Shown piece by piece: positions 26,550-37,032 of a stretch of 64,000 bases of DNA. How positions within the stretch are numbered: the first letter of the stretch is position 1; every line of letters starts with the position of its first letter. The notes below the pieces were generated by a model that was not told the origin of the DNA, did no database searches, and was given only the letters and a program-made list of their open reading frames with translations. Source of the stretch: a virus (taxonomy: Duplodnaviria > Caudoviricetes); IMG/VR virus record IMGVR_UViG_2791355157_000004, positions 9,313-73,312 of that record. One strand, written 5' to 3'. A program made the position numbers and the translations under genes.

Positions 26550-26685
26550 GGGCTTCCTCATCGGTTGTGCGGGCAACGTCGGCGGATGCCCGATTCGCCT
26601 CATTGATAATTTGCTGATCGGTCTTCTTTTTGGTGAGAAAGAAGTTAAGCAGGACGGTGACTACACTTGCGATCGCAGACCACAT
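26422..26685 (-). CDS. i-spanin (Rz-like)
   Basis: N-terminal TM, helical body; after the endolysin. Confidence 0.68.
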   Translation of the reverse strand: MWSAIASVVTVLLNFFLTKKKTDQQIINEANRASADVARTTDEEAHVQIAAVHSDTLRRTDAARHSDSLHTQNRIAADAVDSANDPV

Positions 26686-26687
26686 AG

Positions 26688-27215
26688 TTACTCCTCGATA
26701 AACCAGGATTGCTCGATGCGGCGCCGTGTCTTCAGCCCGTCCATTACCACCCCGCCGGCTTTCACCCACAGCATGAACTGACCGGCTGCCGCACCGTACG
26801 CGCCAGCGTTAAGGTAGCGGAGCAGCCGGGAAGTCTTGAGGTTCTGCAAACCCAGATTCCAGCTGAAGCTCACCAGCGCATCAAACTGCCCCTGCGTCAG
26901 GGGAACCTTGACGAGAGCGGTAACACCCTCCTCATACTTTTTCAGCTCGGTGGCCAGCAGCGCATCGGCTCTGGCGCGGGTGATGACCATGCCCGGCACG
27001 ATGGCTGCGCCATCGACCGGTCCGGTCCACCCGGCGCCGATCGTCCACGGACTGCCGTTCAGGTTTTTCCAGTTGGCCAGCTTTCGGTACTGGCACATCT
27101 TCAGCCTGGCCGCGGTACAGGCACGGCCAAGTGGGCTGGCAGGATCAGGGTAAGCTTCCAGCTCGACGCCCTCGAATTCCTCCAGACCGGTGATCCCACG
27201 CGCACTCATTTTCAT
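26688..27215 (-). CDS. endolysin, GH24 lysozyme
   Basis: FEG..EAYPD, PWTIG, QGQFDALVSF, GLKTRR. Confidence 0.92.
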   Translation of the reverse strand: MKMSARGITGLEEFEGVELEAYPDPASPLGRACTAARLKMCQYRKLANWKNLNGSPWTIGAGWTGPVDGAAIVPGMVITRARADALLATELKKYEEGVTALVKVPLTQGQFDALVSFSWNLGLQNLKTSRLLRYLNAGAYGAAAGQFMLWVKAGGVVMDGLKTRRRIEQSWFIEE

Positions 27216-27233
27216 GTCGCATCCCCATAGCAA

Positions 27234-27261
27234 TAAAAAGGCCCGATCAAAAGATCAGGCC
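27234..27261 (-). terminator. terminator-like hairpin between holins and endolysin
   Basis: GGCCTGATC-TTTT-GATCGGGCC followed by TTTTTATT. Confidence 0.6.
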
Positions 27262-27269
27262 AAAGGATA

Positions 27270-27283
27270 TAGGAATAATCCGA
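27270..27283. promoter_or_regulatory. palindromic operator-like site
   Basis: TAGGAATAATCCGA. Confidence 0.6.
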
Positions 27284-27292
27284 AAGTTTGAA

Positions 27293-27571
27293 TTAATGTC
27301 TGCGCCACTGCGACCGGAATTGCTTGTGCAGATGTGTCGAAACCACCAGCACAGCGCCCAGCAGGATCACGTTGAAAAACAATTCAGTACCACTGGTAGG
27401 CCGGTTCAATGAGGCGAGGTGCTGAATGGTCCGGCTGCCGGCGTAGATGGTGACCATCAGCGCACAGACGTTGTAGACCAGCGGCGCGTGGATGCGCGGC
27501 GCGTTCATGAAGAACATCAGCTTGGTGCAGATCACCAGGCAGATAGCGAGGCTCAGATAGCTGGAAATCAT
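27293..27571 (-). CDS. putative holin/antiholin (3 TM)
   Basis: Three hydrophobic segments, basic C-terminus. Confidence 0.65.
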   Translation of the reverse strand: MISSYLSLAICLVICTKLMFFMNAPRIHAPLVYNVCALMVTIYAGSRTIQHLASLNRPTSGTELFFNVILLGAVLVVSTHLHKQFRSQWRRH

Positions 27572-27963
27572 TGCGTATCCCCCGGGGTGCCAGACACCCG
27601 CTCTACGGCGCGGTTTTTCACAACGAGGATGATGTTGATGGCAGACGCGGCACCGAACAGCGCACCTACCGAATTGCTCACATCAACCTGCAGCATCACC
27701 AGCGATAGCGTGGCGGTCAGGATCTTGGCCACCGCCTCCGCGCTCAGGATGCCTGCCACAATCGAGATGAGGAAATAACCGAACAGCTTAATCCGGCTCA
27801 TGGGCGCCGAGCTCAGTAAAAACATTACTGCCCCGGCAAAGGCGCCAATCAGAACATCCGGGGGGATGTTGTGAAAGAACGCCATCAGGGTCACGGGCGT
27901 CGCCGTGGCAGCGGCTGCTGCCAGCGCCACGTTGGTATCCGCGACCTGGGTTGGACTGTACAT
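27568..27963 (-). CDS. putative holin
   Basis: VLIGAFAGAVMF motif; multiple TMs. Confidence 0.7.
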   Translation of the reverse strand: MYSPTQVADTNVALAAAAATATPVTLMAFFHNIPPDVLIGAFAGAVMFLLSSAPMSRIKLFGYFLISIVAGILSAEAVAKILTATLSLVMLQVDVSNSVGALFGAASAINIILVVKNRAVERVSGTPGDTQ

Positions 27964-28004
27964 GACTCACCTTCCTGTCTGTGTAATGGGCACAGGTGAG
28001 ATGT

Positions 28005-28018
28005 TCGGATAAATCCTA
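28005..28018. promoter_or_regulatory. palindromic operator-like site
   Basis: TCGGATAAATCCTA between the divergent lysis and portal operons. Confidence 0.62.
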
Positions 28019-28097
28019 AAAGTAATCAATTTAAGAGTTGTCTTATTGACATACAGAAATCAGACTATGTTGCCTCTACTCACCACGGGATCGCACC

Positions 28098-30305
28098 ATG
28101 TCTGAAATCCAGAAGCAAACCGAGGTCTCCGCCCGCTATACACCATTGAGTGATTGGGCGAATGAACCGTCGGTCAGTGACATGAAGGACACGCTCACTG
28201 CGGCCTCGACGTCACAGAAGCAGCAGATTGCCAAGATCAACACGTGGCTCGACAACCTCAACGTTGAAGGCAATGCCAAACCCAAGCCGCGTAAGGGCCG
28301 CAGCCAGGTTCAGCCCAAGCTGATCCGCAAACAGGCCGAGTGGCGCTACTCCGCACTGACCGAACCCTTCCTGTCAGCACAGCAGCTGTTCACCGTGCGC
28401 CCGGTTTCCTGGGACGATAAGGCGGCAGCGGAGCAGAATCAGATCGTGCTCAACTGGCAGTTCCGCACCAAGCTCGACAAGGTGAAGTTCATTGATGAGT
28501 ACGTGCGTACCGCCGTCGATGAAGGCACCGTGATCGTGCGCGTGGGCTGGCGCCGGGAAACGAAGACCGTCAAGGTTGAGGCACCTGTCTACAGCTACTA
28601 CCAGATCTCAGATCCGGCCTGGCTTGAACAGCTTCAGCAGGCGATGCAGCTGAAGTCGGAAAACCCGGCGGCGTTTCTGCAGCTGCCTGAGGAGATGCAG
28701 GAATCGGTGACCTACTCCCTGGAGCAGAACATGCCCCTGATGGCGAAGATCACCGGGTCGCAAGAAGTGGAACAGGAAGAGGTGCTGAAGAACGAGCCGG
28801 TGGTGGAAATCGTCAACACCGCGAACGTCTATATCGACCCCTCCTGCCAGGGTGTGTTTGAGAATGCCCGCTTCCTCATCTACTCGTTCGAGACCTCGTA
28901 CGCGGAGCTGAAAGCGGATGGTCGCTATAAGAACCTCGATACCGTCAACTTTGAGAGCAAAAGCATCCTCGCCGAACCGGATCACAAAACCGATACGCCG
29001 GATGACTTCAACTTCAAAGACAAGGGCCGTAAACGCGTCGTGGCCTACGAATACTGGGGCTGGTACGACATTCACGGAAACGGTGAGCTGGCGCCGATTG
29101 TCTCCACCTGGGTAGGCGACATCATGATCCGCCTGGAAGCGAACCCTTTCCCTGACGGCAAGATCCCCTTTGTGGTGGTCCCTTACCTGCCGGTGAAGCG
29201 TTCCGTCTATGGTGAGCCGGATGGTTCACTGCTTGAAGATAACCAGCGCGTTTCGGGTGCGGTAATGCGCGGCATGATCGACATCATGGCCCGATCGGCC
29301 AACGGCCAGAAAGGCATGCGCAAAGACATGCTCGACGTGGTGAACCGCCGCAAATATGACAATGGCGAGGACTACGAATTCAACATGACCGTAGACCCGC
29401 GTCAGGGCATCGTTGACCACGTTTATCCGGAAATCCCGAACAGTGCGCTGACCATGATCCAGCTGATGAACTCAGAGGCGGAATCCCTGACCGGGGTGAA
29501 AGCGTTCTCGGGTGGCCTCAGTGGAGACGCATTCGGTCCGACCGCTGCCGGTACCCGTGGCGTGCTCGACGCCTCGTCCAAACGTGAGACCGCGATTCTG
29601 CGTCGCCTGGCTAAAGGCGTTGCGGCGATCGGGCAGAAAATCGTGCTGATGAATGCGGAGTTCATGAGTGAAGAGGAGCAGGTGCGCCTCACAAACGAGG
29701 AGTTCGTGGCGATCCGCCGTGATGATCTGCAGGGGAACTTCGACCTGGAGGTGGCCATTACAACGGCCGAGGAAGATAACGCGAAGAGTGAGCAGCTTGC
29801 CTTCATGCTACAAACGATGGCAAGCAGTATGCCATCAGAATTATCTCAAATGGTTCTTGCGGATATCGCCAGGCTGCGTAATATGCCGACATTGGCACAC
29901 AACATCCAACACTATGTTCCACAACCAGATCCTTTCCAGGAACAGATGAAACAACTGGAACTGCAGAAGGCTCAGCTGGAACTGGCGCAGGTGCAACAGA
30001 AAATCGCCACGGATAAAGCCCAGGAGCAGTATTACTACTCCCGTGCCCGTGACACCTCCAATGCCGCTGACCAGAAGAACCTGGATTACGTGGAGCAGGA
30101 GACCGGTACCAAACACGCCCGGGAGATGGAGAAGCAATCTGCGCAGGCAGAAGCCAACCAGAACCTGGAAGTGACCAAAGGTATCCTGGCGCAACAATCG
30201 GCTGGCCCCGATTCTGCACCCGGTACCGCCCCTAAAGGTCCCAGCGACTCTCATATCGCGACGGCCGTGGGGTTCAATCAGCTAAGCAAAGCACTGACAC
30301 CCTGA
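28098..30305 (+). CDS. portal protein (N4 gp59-like)
   Basis: PKLIRKQAEWRYSALTEPFL; size and synteny. Confidence 0.95.
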   Translation: MSEIQKQTEVSARYTPLSDWANEPSVSDMKDTLTAASTSQKQQIAKINTWLDNLNVEGNAKPKPRKGRSQVQPKLIRKQAEWRYSALTEPFLSAQQLFTVRPVSWDDKAAAEQNQIVLNWQFRTKLDKVKFIDEYVRTAVDEGTVIVRVGWRRETKTVKVEAPVYSYYQISDPAWLEQLQQAMQLKSENPAAFLQLPEEMQESVTYSLEQNMPLMAKITGSQEVEQEEVLKNEPVVEIVNTANVYIDPSCQGVFENARFLIYSFETSYAELKADGRYKNLDTVNFESKSILAEPDHKTDTPDDFNFKDKGRKRVVAYEYWGWYDIHGNGELAPIVSTWVGDIMIRLEANPFPDGKIPFVVVPYLPVKRSVYGEPDGSLLEDNQRVSGAVMRGMIDIMARSANGQKGMRKDMLDVVNRRKYDNGEDYEFNMTVDPRQGIVDHVYPEIPNSALTMIQLMNSEAESLTGVKAFSGGLSGDAFGPTAAGTRGVLDASSKRETAILRRLAKGVAAIGQKIVLMNAEFMSEEEQVRLTNEEFVAIRRDDLQGNFDLEVAITTAEEDNAKSEQLAFMLQTMASSMPSELSQMVLADIARLRNMPTLAHNIQHYVPQPDPFQEQMKQLELQKAQLELAQVQQKIATDKAQEQYYYSRARDTSNAADQKNLDYVEQETGTKHAREMEKQSAQAEANQNLEVTKGILAQQSAGPDSAPGTAPKGPSDSHIATAVGFNQLSKALTP

Positions 30306-30324
30306 CACTCACTGAGGACACACA

Positions 30325-30669
30325 ATGAGTAACATTCAGAAAGTCGAACTTGCCATCGAGCATGCCAAATCTGGCATCGCCTTCGGGGAAGCACTCGACC
30401 GCCTGCTCAACAACCGCGATTTCCAGCAGGTCATTGAACAGGGATACCTTCGGGAAGAAGCCATTCGCCTGGTTCACCTGAAAGCCGACCCGGGTATGTA
30501 TACCGAGTCCGATCAGGCAGACATCGACCGGCAGATCTCCGCAATTGGCCAGTTTAAAAACTGGTTCCATCTGCAGCGCACTATCACCGAACACCTTCGC
30601 AAAGAGCTGAAAGACAACAGCGATGAGCTCGAAGAACTGCGTCGTGAAGAAGCGGAGGGTGCTAACTGA
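30325..30669 (+). CDS. N4 gp58-like protein
   Basis: RLLNNRDFQQVIEQGY..EAIRLV; synteny. Confidence 0.8.
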   Translation: MSNIQKVELAIEHAKSGIAFGEALDRLLNNRDFQQVIEQGYLREEAIRLVHLKADPGMYTESDQADIDRQISAIGQFKNWFHLQRTITEHLRKELKDNSDELEELRREEAEGAN

Positions 30670-31799
30670 TGAGCGGAGAAAACGAAGTTAACCATCTGGC
30701 CCTGTCAGACGAAGACTTCCTCAATGCTCCCCATGAGCCGGCAGAACCGGCTCCTGTGGCAGAGCCTGAGGCAGCCAGCGAAGCCGATCCGGTTGTTGAA
30801 GGTCAGGGTGACCCTGAGCCTGAACTGCCCGCGGGCGAAGAACTGCCTGCAGCTGACGTCCCTGAGGAGGTAGCTGATGCCGTCCCGCCAGAGAAGACTG
30901 AACCTGCAGAGAAGGCGGAGAAACCTGCTGATGCTCCGGCTGAGGCTGGAGACAAACCTGCCGACGTTAATGCTGAAGCTGAACTCGCCCGTATCATGGC
31001 GCCGTTCAAAGCTAACGGCCGCGACATCCAGGTAAAGAACGTGGATGAAGCCATTCGCCTCATGCAGATGGGCGCGAATTACAATAAGAAGATGGAAGGC
31101 TTGAAGCCGTCCATGAAAATTCTTAAAATGCTCGATAATAACCAGTTGTTAGATGAACAGAAACTTTCATTCCTTATTGATATAAGCAAGAAAGACCCTG
31201 CCGCCATCCAACAGCTGCTGAGAGACAGCGGAATTGACCCGCTTTCACTCGACCCAGATAACGCCCCCAAGTATGCACCTGGCGATCATACCGTCAGTGA
31301 CAAAGAAGTGGAGCTTGATTCGGTGCTCGATGAGGTTCATGCCTCCGCCACCGGTCAGCGAACCATTCAGACCGTCACTGCCTGGGATGAACACAGTAAG
31401 CGGATACTCGCGGAAAATCCCCAACTTATCTCGACAATCAACACCATGATGGCGAACGGTATTTACGACCAGATCGCCGATGAAGTTGAGCGTCGCAAGG
31501 TACTTGGTGACCTGAAGAACCTGTCAGCGCTTGATGCAATTAAGCTGGTGGGTGACGAGTTACAGGCCAAAGGATTACTGCAAGCAACCGCTACTGCGCC
31601 CACTGCTGCTGCCCCCTCTACGCCTGAACCTGTTGCCACCCGTGTAAAAGCTCCAGCTGCTGAAACGGATACCGAGCGTGCGGCTAAAGCCCGTGCTGCC
31701 GGTACCACGAAGAGCACGACCAACGTTGCCAAGCAGGAATTCAACCCGCTGGCCATGTCGGACGAAGAGTTCGAAAAAATGAGCAGTGCACACTTTTAA
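30669..31799 (+). CDS. N4 gp57-like protein (scaffold-like, often annotated tape measure)
   Basis: PFKANGR, LMQMGANY; upstream of the capsid gene. Confidence 0.82.
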   Translation: MSGENEVNHLALSDEDFLNAPHEPAEPAPVAEPEAASEADPVVEGQGDPEPELPAGEELPAADVPEEVADAVPPEKTEPAEKAEKPADAPAEAGDKPADVNAEAELARIMAPFKANGRDIQVKNVDEAIRLMQMGANYNKKMEGLKPSMKILKMLDNNQLLDEQKLSFLIDISKKDPAAIQQLLRDSGIDPLSLDPDNAPKYAPGDHTVSDKEVELDSVLDEVHASATGQRTIQTVTAWDEHSKRILAENPQLISTINTMMANGIYDQIADEVERRKVLGDLKNLSALDAIKLVGDELQAKGLLQATATAPTAAAPSTPEPVATRVKAPAAETDTERAAKARAAGTTKSTTNVAKQEFNPLAMSDEEFEKMSSAHF

Positions 31800-31819
31800 C
31801 ACGCTAACAGGTGACGACT

Positions 31820-33004
31820 ATGAGCAATCAGTACAAGAACCCAGTCGGCGGAACGCCGTCAACAGTTGGCCCGCAGATCCGCACCGACTACTGGTATAAA
31901 AAATCCATCATCGATGCGGTGAAAGATCAGTATTTCACCCCGCTGGCTGACGTGACTGACATGCCGAAGAACATGGGTAAAACCATCAAGGTATTCCAGT
32001 ACGTGCCACTGCTCGACGATCGCAACGTCAACGACCAGGGTATCGACGCCTCAGGCGCCACCATTGCCAACGGCAACCTGTGGGGCTCCAGCAAAGACAT
32101 CGGTGCGATGACCGGTAAGCTGCCTACGCTGACCGAGAACGGTGGCCGTGTGAACCGCGTTGGCTTCACCCGTATCACCCGTGAAGGCACCATCCATAAA
32201 ATGGGCTTCTTCACCGAGTGGACCCAGGAGTCTGTGGACTTCGATACCGACGATGAGCTGTTCGGTCACTTCTCTCGTGAGATGGTGAACGGCGCCGGTC
32301 AGATGACTGAAGCCATCCTGCAGTACGATCTGCTGAACGCAGCCGGCGTGGTTGTTTACGGCGGTGAAGCGACGTCTACTGCCACCATCACCGGTGAAGG
32401 CGATACGCCATCTGTGATCAGCTACGACGACCTGATGCGTCTGGCGCTGACCCTGGATGACAACCGTGCGCCTAAGCACACCAAGATCATCGCGGGTTCC
32501 CGCATGGTAGACACCAAAACCATCAACAGCGCCCGTATCCTGTACTGCGGCTCTGAAATGGTCCCTACCCTGCGTAAGATGAAGGATTCCTTCGGTGATC
32601 CGGCGTTCATCCCGGTGAACAAGTACGCTGACGCGGGTACCCTGCTGAACGGTGAGATCGGTGCAATTGACCGCTTCCGTATCGTACTGGTTCCGGAAAT
32701 GTACCACTGGGCAGGTGCGGGTGCAGCAGCGACTGCCGCTAACCCTGGCTACCGCGAAACCGGTGACAAGTACGACGTGTTCCCAATGCTGGTGGTATCA
32801 GGTGAGTCCTTCACCACTATCGGCTTCCAGACTGACGGCAAGTCAGTGAAATTCGTCATCAATACCAAAATGCCTGGTAAAGAGATGGTGACGAAGGAAG
32901 ACCCGTACGGTGAGACCGGCCTGATGAGCATCAAGTGGTACTACGGCACCCTGATTAAGCGTCCTGAGTGGATCGCCCTGATCAAAACCGTAGCAGCACT
33001 GTAA
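31820..33004 (+). CDS. major capsid protein (N4 gp56-like)
   Basis: [35 protein letters not shown]. Confidence 0.96.
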   Translation: MSNQYKNPVGGTPSTVGPQIRTDYWYKKSIIDAVKDQYFTPLADVTDMPKNMGKTIKVFQYVPLLDDRNVNDQGIDASGATIANGNLWGSSKDIGAMTGKLPTLTENGGRVNRVGFTRITREGTIHKMGFFTEWTQESVDFDTDDELFGHFSREMVNGAGQMTEAILQYDLLNAAGVVVYGGEATSTATITGEGDTPSVISYDDLMRLALTLDDNRAPKHTKIIAGSRMVDTKTINSARILYCGSEMVPTLRKMKDSFGDPAFIPVNKYADAGTLLNGEIGAIDRFRIVLVPEMYHWAGAGAAATAANPGYRETGDKYDVFPMLVVSGESFTTIGFQTDGKSVKFVINTKMPGKEMVTKEDPYGETGLMSIKWYYGTLIKRPEWIALIKTVAAL

Positions 33005-33017
33005 TAGCTCGCTGACA

Positions 33018-33044
33018 GGTGGGGGAGAAATCCCCCGCCTTTTT
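33018..33044 (+). terminator. terminator after the capsid gene
   Basis: GGTGGGGGA-GAAA-TCCCCCGCC followed by T6. Confidence 0.8.
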
Positions 33045-33087
33045 TAGACGTAAACGCTGGCGCCACCCAGCTTAAAAGGATGAATAC

Positions 33088-33648
33088 ATGAGCCAAGAAT
33101 TAGAAGCCCTGAAACGTAAAGCCGACACCCTGGGTGTTACCTATTCCCCAAACATTGGTGTGGAGACGCTGCGCGCCCGCATCAATGAGAAGCTGGAAGG
33201 CAGTGATGAAACTGCTGAAGCCGTCGCGGCTGAACCGGTTGCTGCCCCTTCACTGAACAAGGCTCAGCGCCACCGTCAGCTGCGTAAAGACGCCACTAAA
33301 ATGGTGCGCTGCCGCATCACCTGCATGAACCCGTCCAAGCAGGATGTGCCTGGCGAAATCATCGCGGTATCGAACTCGGTGATCGGCGTCATTAAGCACT
33401 TCGTCCCGTTCGGTGAAGTCACCGACAACGGCTGGCATATCCCGCAGATTATTTACGACGAAATCAAAGAGCGTAAATGCACCATCATGCGTAAGAAGCG
33501 TGACAGCAAAGGTTCACTGGATACCCATGAGCCGGTGCAGATCCGCGAGTTTGCCATCGAAGTGCTGCCGGCACTGACAGAGACCGAGCTGAAAGAACTG
33601 GCTCAGCGTCAGGCAATGGCGTCAGGCACCGCAGCTGCAGTGGTGTAA
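33088..33648 (+). CDS. N4 gp55-like protein
   Basis: VRCRITCMNPSK, EVLPALTETELKELA. Confidence 0.8.
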   Translation: MSQELEALKRKADTLGVTYSPNIGVETLRARINEKLEGSDETAEAVAAEPVAAPSLNKAQRHRQLRKDATKMVRCRITCMNPSKQDVPGEIIAVSNSVIGVIKHFVPFGEVTDNGWHIPQIIYDEIKERKCTIMRKKRDSKGSLDTHEPVQIREFAIEVLPALTETELKELAQRQAMASGTAAAVV

Positions 33649-33651
33649 CCC

Positions 33652-34605
33652 ATGGCCACACCCATCCCGGTAGACGAGCTGCTGGCCAATCTGAAAGCGC
33701 TCACCAACGATGACCTGACAGCGGCAACGCTGGAGGGCAACGGGCTGTTTGACCAGATGATGCGTGCGACAACCACGCATCTCGCCACGCAGCTGGAGAA
33801 GGGCCGCATCACCGGCAGCGACTATGCGACCGTATACCTCGGCGCAATGCAGGCGACGATGCAGAACGCGGTGCAGTATCTGCTGTCACGCGATCAGTCG
33901 TATGCCCAGGCGCTGCAGCTTGCTGCGCAGATCGAAGCCACGCAGGCTCAGGTGAAGCTGGCCGAGCAGGACCTGGTGCTGAAGCAGACCGAGCAGCAGA
34001 TCCAGCTGGTTAACCTGGATATCCAGCGCCAGCAGCTGGAGATTGCCAAAGCCGATCTGCTACTGAAGCAGGCCCAGCTACCGCTGGCGCAGGCGCAGAC
34101 AGCACAGGCCACGGCACAGGTTGAGCTGATCAAAGCGCAGACCGCTGACGTTGCAGCGAAAACGCCACTGGAAGCTGCCCTGCTGAACAGCCAGAAAGCG
34201 CAGACGGATGCCGCAACCGGCAAAGTCTCGCACGACGTGTCGCTGGTGGATGCGCAGGTGTCGCAGTCCAACGCGCAGACACAGGTGCTGAACGGTCAGG
34301 TAGCGCTTAACGCCCAGCAGACCGCGCTGATGAAAGAGAAAGTCGAAACGGAACGTGGGCAGACGCTCAACACCCGTACCGACGGCTCACAAATCGCCGG
34401 TATTGTTGCCTCGCAGAAAGCCCTTCAGACGCAGCAGATTGCCGCGTTCAAGAGTGATGCGAAGCAGAAGGGTGCCAAGATCCTCATGGATACCTGGGTC
34501 ACGCGTAAAACGGTGGATGACGGTGTCGCGGTACCGAGTAACATCGATACCGACTCCATCAACGTGGTCATGCAGAACCTGTTTGCGGATGCAGGGCTGC
34601 AGTAA
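33652..34605 (+). CDS. N4 gp54-like virion protein
   Basis: GNGLFDQMM, GRITGSDYA; Gln/Ala coiled coil. Confidence 0.8.
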   Translation: MATPIPVDELLANLKALTNDDLTAATLEGNGLFDQMMRATTTHLATQLEKGRITGSDYATVYLGAMQATMQNAVQYLLSRDQSYAQALQLAAQIEATQAQVKLAEQDLVLKQTEQQIQLVNLDIQRQQLEIAKADLLLKQAQLPLAQAQTAQATAQVELIKAQTADVAAKTPLEAALLNSQKAQTDAATGKVSHDVSLVDAQVSQSNAQTQVLNGQVALNAQQTALMKEKVETERGQTLNTRTDGSQIAGIVASQKALQTQQIAAFKSDAKQKGAKILMDTWVTRKTVDDGVAVPSNIDTDSINVVMQNLFADAGLQ

Positions 34606-34622
34606 CGGCAACACGACTGGAG

Positions 34623-34647
34623 GAGGCGGCTACGGCCGCCTTTTTTA
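34623..34647 (+). terminator. terminator
   Basis: GGCGGC-TACG-GCCGCC followed by T6. Confidence 0.65.
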
Positions 34648-34649
34648 TT

Positions 34650-37022
34650 ATGGGACTGTTCAGTAAGAAGAAGAAAACATACGTTTCCTCCGTCAGCTAC
34701 AACCTGGCCGGCGACGACGTGGAGAACTTCGCGACCTCCATTATCTCCAACTCTATCCTGTCTGGCTCCGCCAACGGCCTGGCCACGGACATCGTGCAGA
34801 GTTACCTCAAAGGCCAGGGCATGAAGCTCCGGCAGGCCTACGACTACGGCCGCGATCACTACTCCCTGGGGCTGCCAACGTCGAGCCGCACCACCGGATC
34901 GGTGGATGTCTCTACCGTTGAGCCCATCATTGAAAGCATCACCGGCAACAGCGTACTTATCTCAGAAACATATATCGGATCACCTGACTATGCCTTCTGG
35001 GTATATCAGTATCTGGGTGAGCATTACGGTTACGATGAGTCCACGGGGGAGTTCCTGACGCCGCCGCCTGGTGTGTCTGCCACAGATGCCGTGGTGACCA
35101 GCGACATCACTACCGCCGGCACGGTCAAAATCACCCTGACTAACCCGGACAGCAGCGCGGTGACGCTGACGTTTACGGCCACGATCGACAACACTGCGAA
35201 CTACATTTACGTGCCCTACCGCACGGTGACCAACCCGCAGGTTAACTCCGTCACCACCCAGGCACCGTATCAGGACGGGGATGAAGCGGATACCACGGTC
35301 AGGTCCACCAGCGTGCGCAACGGTGGCCAGACGATCACCACCGAGGTGAAGGTGGTCACCACCATCGACGAGGCCAAAACCATCACCACCACGGTGACCA
35401 CGACGACCGTCGGTATCACGAGCCAGCTTCTCTATTTCATCTACCGGCTGGGTGCCGGCGTGTACCCTGCGCTGGATGCACTGGCGTCCACCAGTAACCT
35501 GGCCTCCCCGTATTACCCCTGGGTCATCATGCGCGATAACAACAAGGATATGACGGCGGCGCAGTATCAGGACACCGACCAGTACAGAACGGCGAAGAAG
35601 CTGCTGAACAAAGCGGGCCTGAAAATGACGGACCTGGCAAAGGCGATCAACACCAACGACAACATTGGTGACATCGACTTTGCCTTCATCCACTTCGGGA
35701 TCTCAATTAATACCGTGGTTCAGGAGTCCAAGGCCTACCTCTATAACTTCATGCTGTACCTGCAGGCGCAGCAGAAATACTCGGCGCTGGACTGGGACAC
35801 CTGGTATGAGGGCTACAACAATTACCTGAAGCATAAGAAGAACTACCAGGGCGACAGCTCGACAAACTACTACCGCATTGCGCAGCCGGGCAACAACTCG
35901 ATCAGCATCCGCTACGACAATAAGAACTGGTACAACGTCACCATCTCCTGGCAGTACGTGAAGACCGTGATTGAGCCAATGGTGATCGGCAGTATCGGTC
36001 ACGTGGAAATCACGTCCAATGAGGCGCAGGAGATCACCATCTGGTCGGATGAAAAGGACACCATCGAGCAGTATTCGGTGGACGCCTCCACGGTGCTGTT
36101 CCGCAAGCAGATCAACGCCACACAGGTGCAGACCCTGATTGTTCGCGGCCTGCAGCATGACAATAAGGTCTACGACGGCAAGTCGGTCACCACCTCTGCC
36201 TATAAGGCGCTGGCCAAAGAGGAGGATGAGCTGGGCAACTTTATCGTGCCGCTGAACCGCCAGGTGTTCGACGCGATGGGGATCGTGGACGTCACGCAGA
36301 CCTGCTATGACTGCATGCACGTCACCTTCAACTGCTACAAGGTCGTTAAGCAGAAGTGGTACCAGACCTCCATCTTCAAGATTGTGGTCATCGTTATTGC
36401 GGTCGTCATTACGGTGCTGTCATGGGGAACACTGTCAGCGCCTGCCGCTGCTGTCGCTACGGCTGCTGCCGCAGCCGGCGCCACCGCGACCGTCGCACTG
36501 GTAGCAGGGATTCTGACTCAGGTTGCGATTGGTGTAGCGGTATCGGTGGCCATGAAGATTGTGGCGCAGTACATCTCCCCTGATCTGTTCGCCGTGTTCT
36601 CGATCGCCATGCTGGCTTACGGTGCCTATGCCGTGGGCTCCAACTATGCCGCCACCAGCCAGTTCTCCGCGTCAACGTCCCTGGCCTCCAGCCAGACCTA
36701 TATGTCGGCGGTCAACACCACGCTTTACGGGTACCAGCAGAGCATCAACTATCAGGTGAAAGACCTGGCTCAGCAGATGAGTACCGCCTCGCAGAGCTAC
36801 ACCGACGCGATGACCAGCCTGACCGAAGCGTGGGACAGTCTGGGTGAGGCAAACAAAGAGATCGACCTCTACGGCATGCAGGACAGCTACTTCAATTTGT
36901 TCGAATCGCCGTCCGCTTACATCGCGCGAACTACCACCACGAATACTGTGAGCATGATGCTGGAAGGGATACAATCGTTCACGGGAAACGCCTTGAATAT
37001 CAGTGGCGGACTACTTAAATAA
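34650..37022 (+). CDS. N4 gp53-like virion protein
   Basis: MGLFSKKKKTYVSS..YNLAG; KQKWYQT followed by TMs. Confidence 0.82.
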   Translation: MGLFSKKKKTYVSSVSYNLAGDDVENFATSIISNSILSGSANGLATDIVQSYLKGQGMKLRQAYDYGRDHYSLGLPTSSRTTGSVDVSTVEPIIESITGNSVLISETYIGSPDYAFWVYQYLGEHYGYDESTGEFLTPPPGVSATDAVVTSDITTAGTVKITLTNPDSSAVTLTFTATIDNTANYIYVPYRTVTNPQVNSVTTQAPYQDGDEADTTVRSTSVRNGGQTITTEVKVVTTIDEAKTITTTVTTTTVGITSQLLYFIYRLGAGVYPALDALASTSNLASPYYPWVIMRDNNKDMTAAQYQDTDQYRTAKKLLNKAGLKMTDLAKAINTNDNIGDIDFAFIHFGISINTVVQESKAYLYNFMLYLQAQQKYSALDWDTWYEGYNNYLKHKKNYQGDSSTNYYRIAQPGNNSISIRYDNKNWYNVTISWQYVKTVIEPMVIGSIGHVEITSNEAQEITIWSDEKDTIEQYSVDASTVLFRKQINATQVQTLIVRGLQHDNKVYDGKSVTTSAYKALAKEEDELGNFIVPLNRQVFDAMGIVDVTQTCYDCMHVTFNCYKVVKQKWYQTSIFKIVVIVIAVVITVLSWGTLSAPAAAVATAAAAAGATATVALVAGILTQVAIGVAVSVAMKIVAQYISPDLFAVFSIAMLAYGAYAVGSNYAATSQFSASTSLASSQTYMSAVNTTLYGYQQSINYQVKDLAQQMSTASQSYTDAMTSLTEAWDSLGEANKEIDLYGMQDSYFNLFESPSAYIARTTTTNTVSMMLEGIQSFTGNALNISGGLLK

Positions 37023-37032
37023 GGGGACCGAA

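Noticed and set aside
28046-28071. Sigma70 promoter TTGACA...TATGTT before the portal gene
   Set aside because: Spacer is only 14 nt, so it cannot be called from sequence
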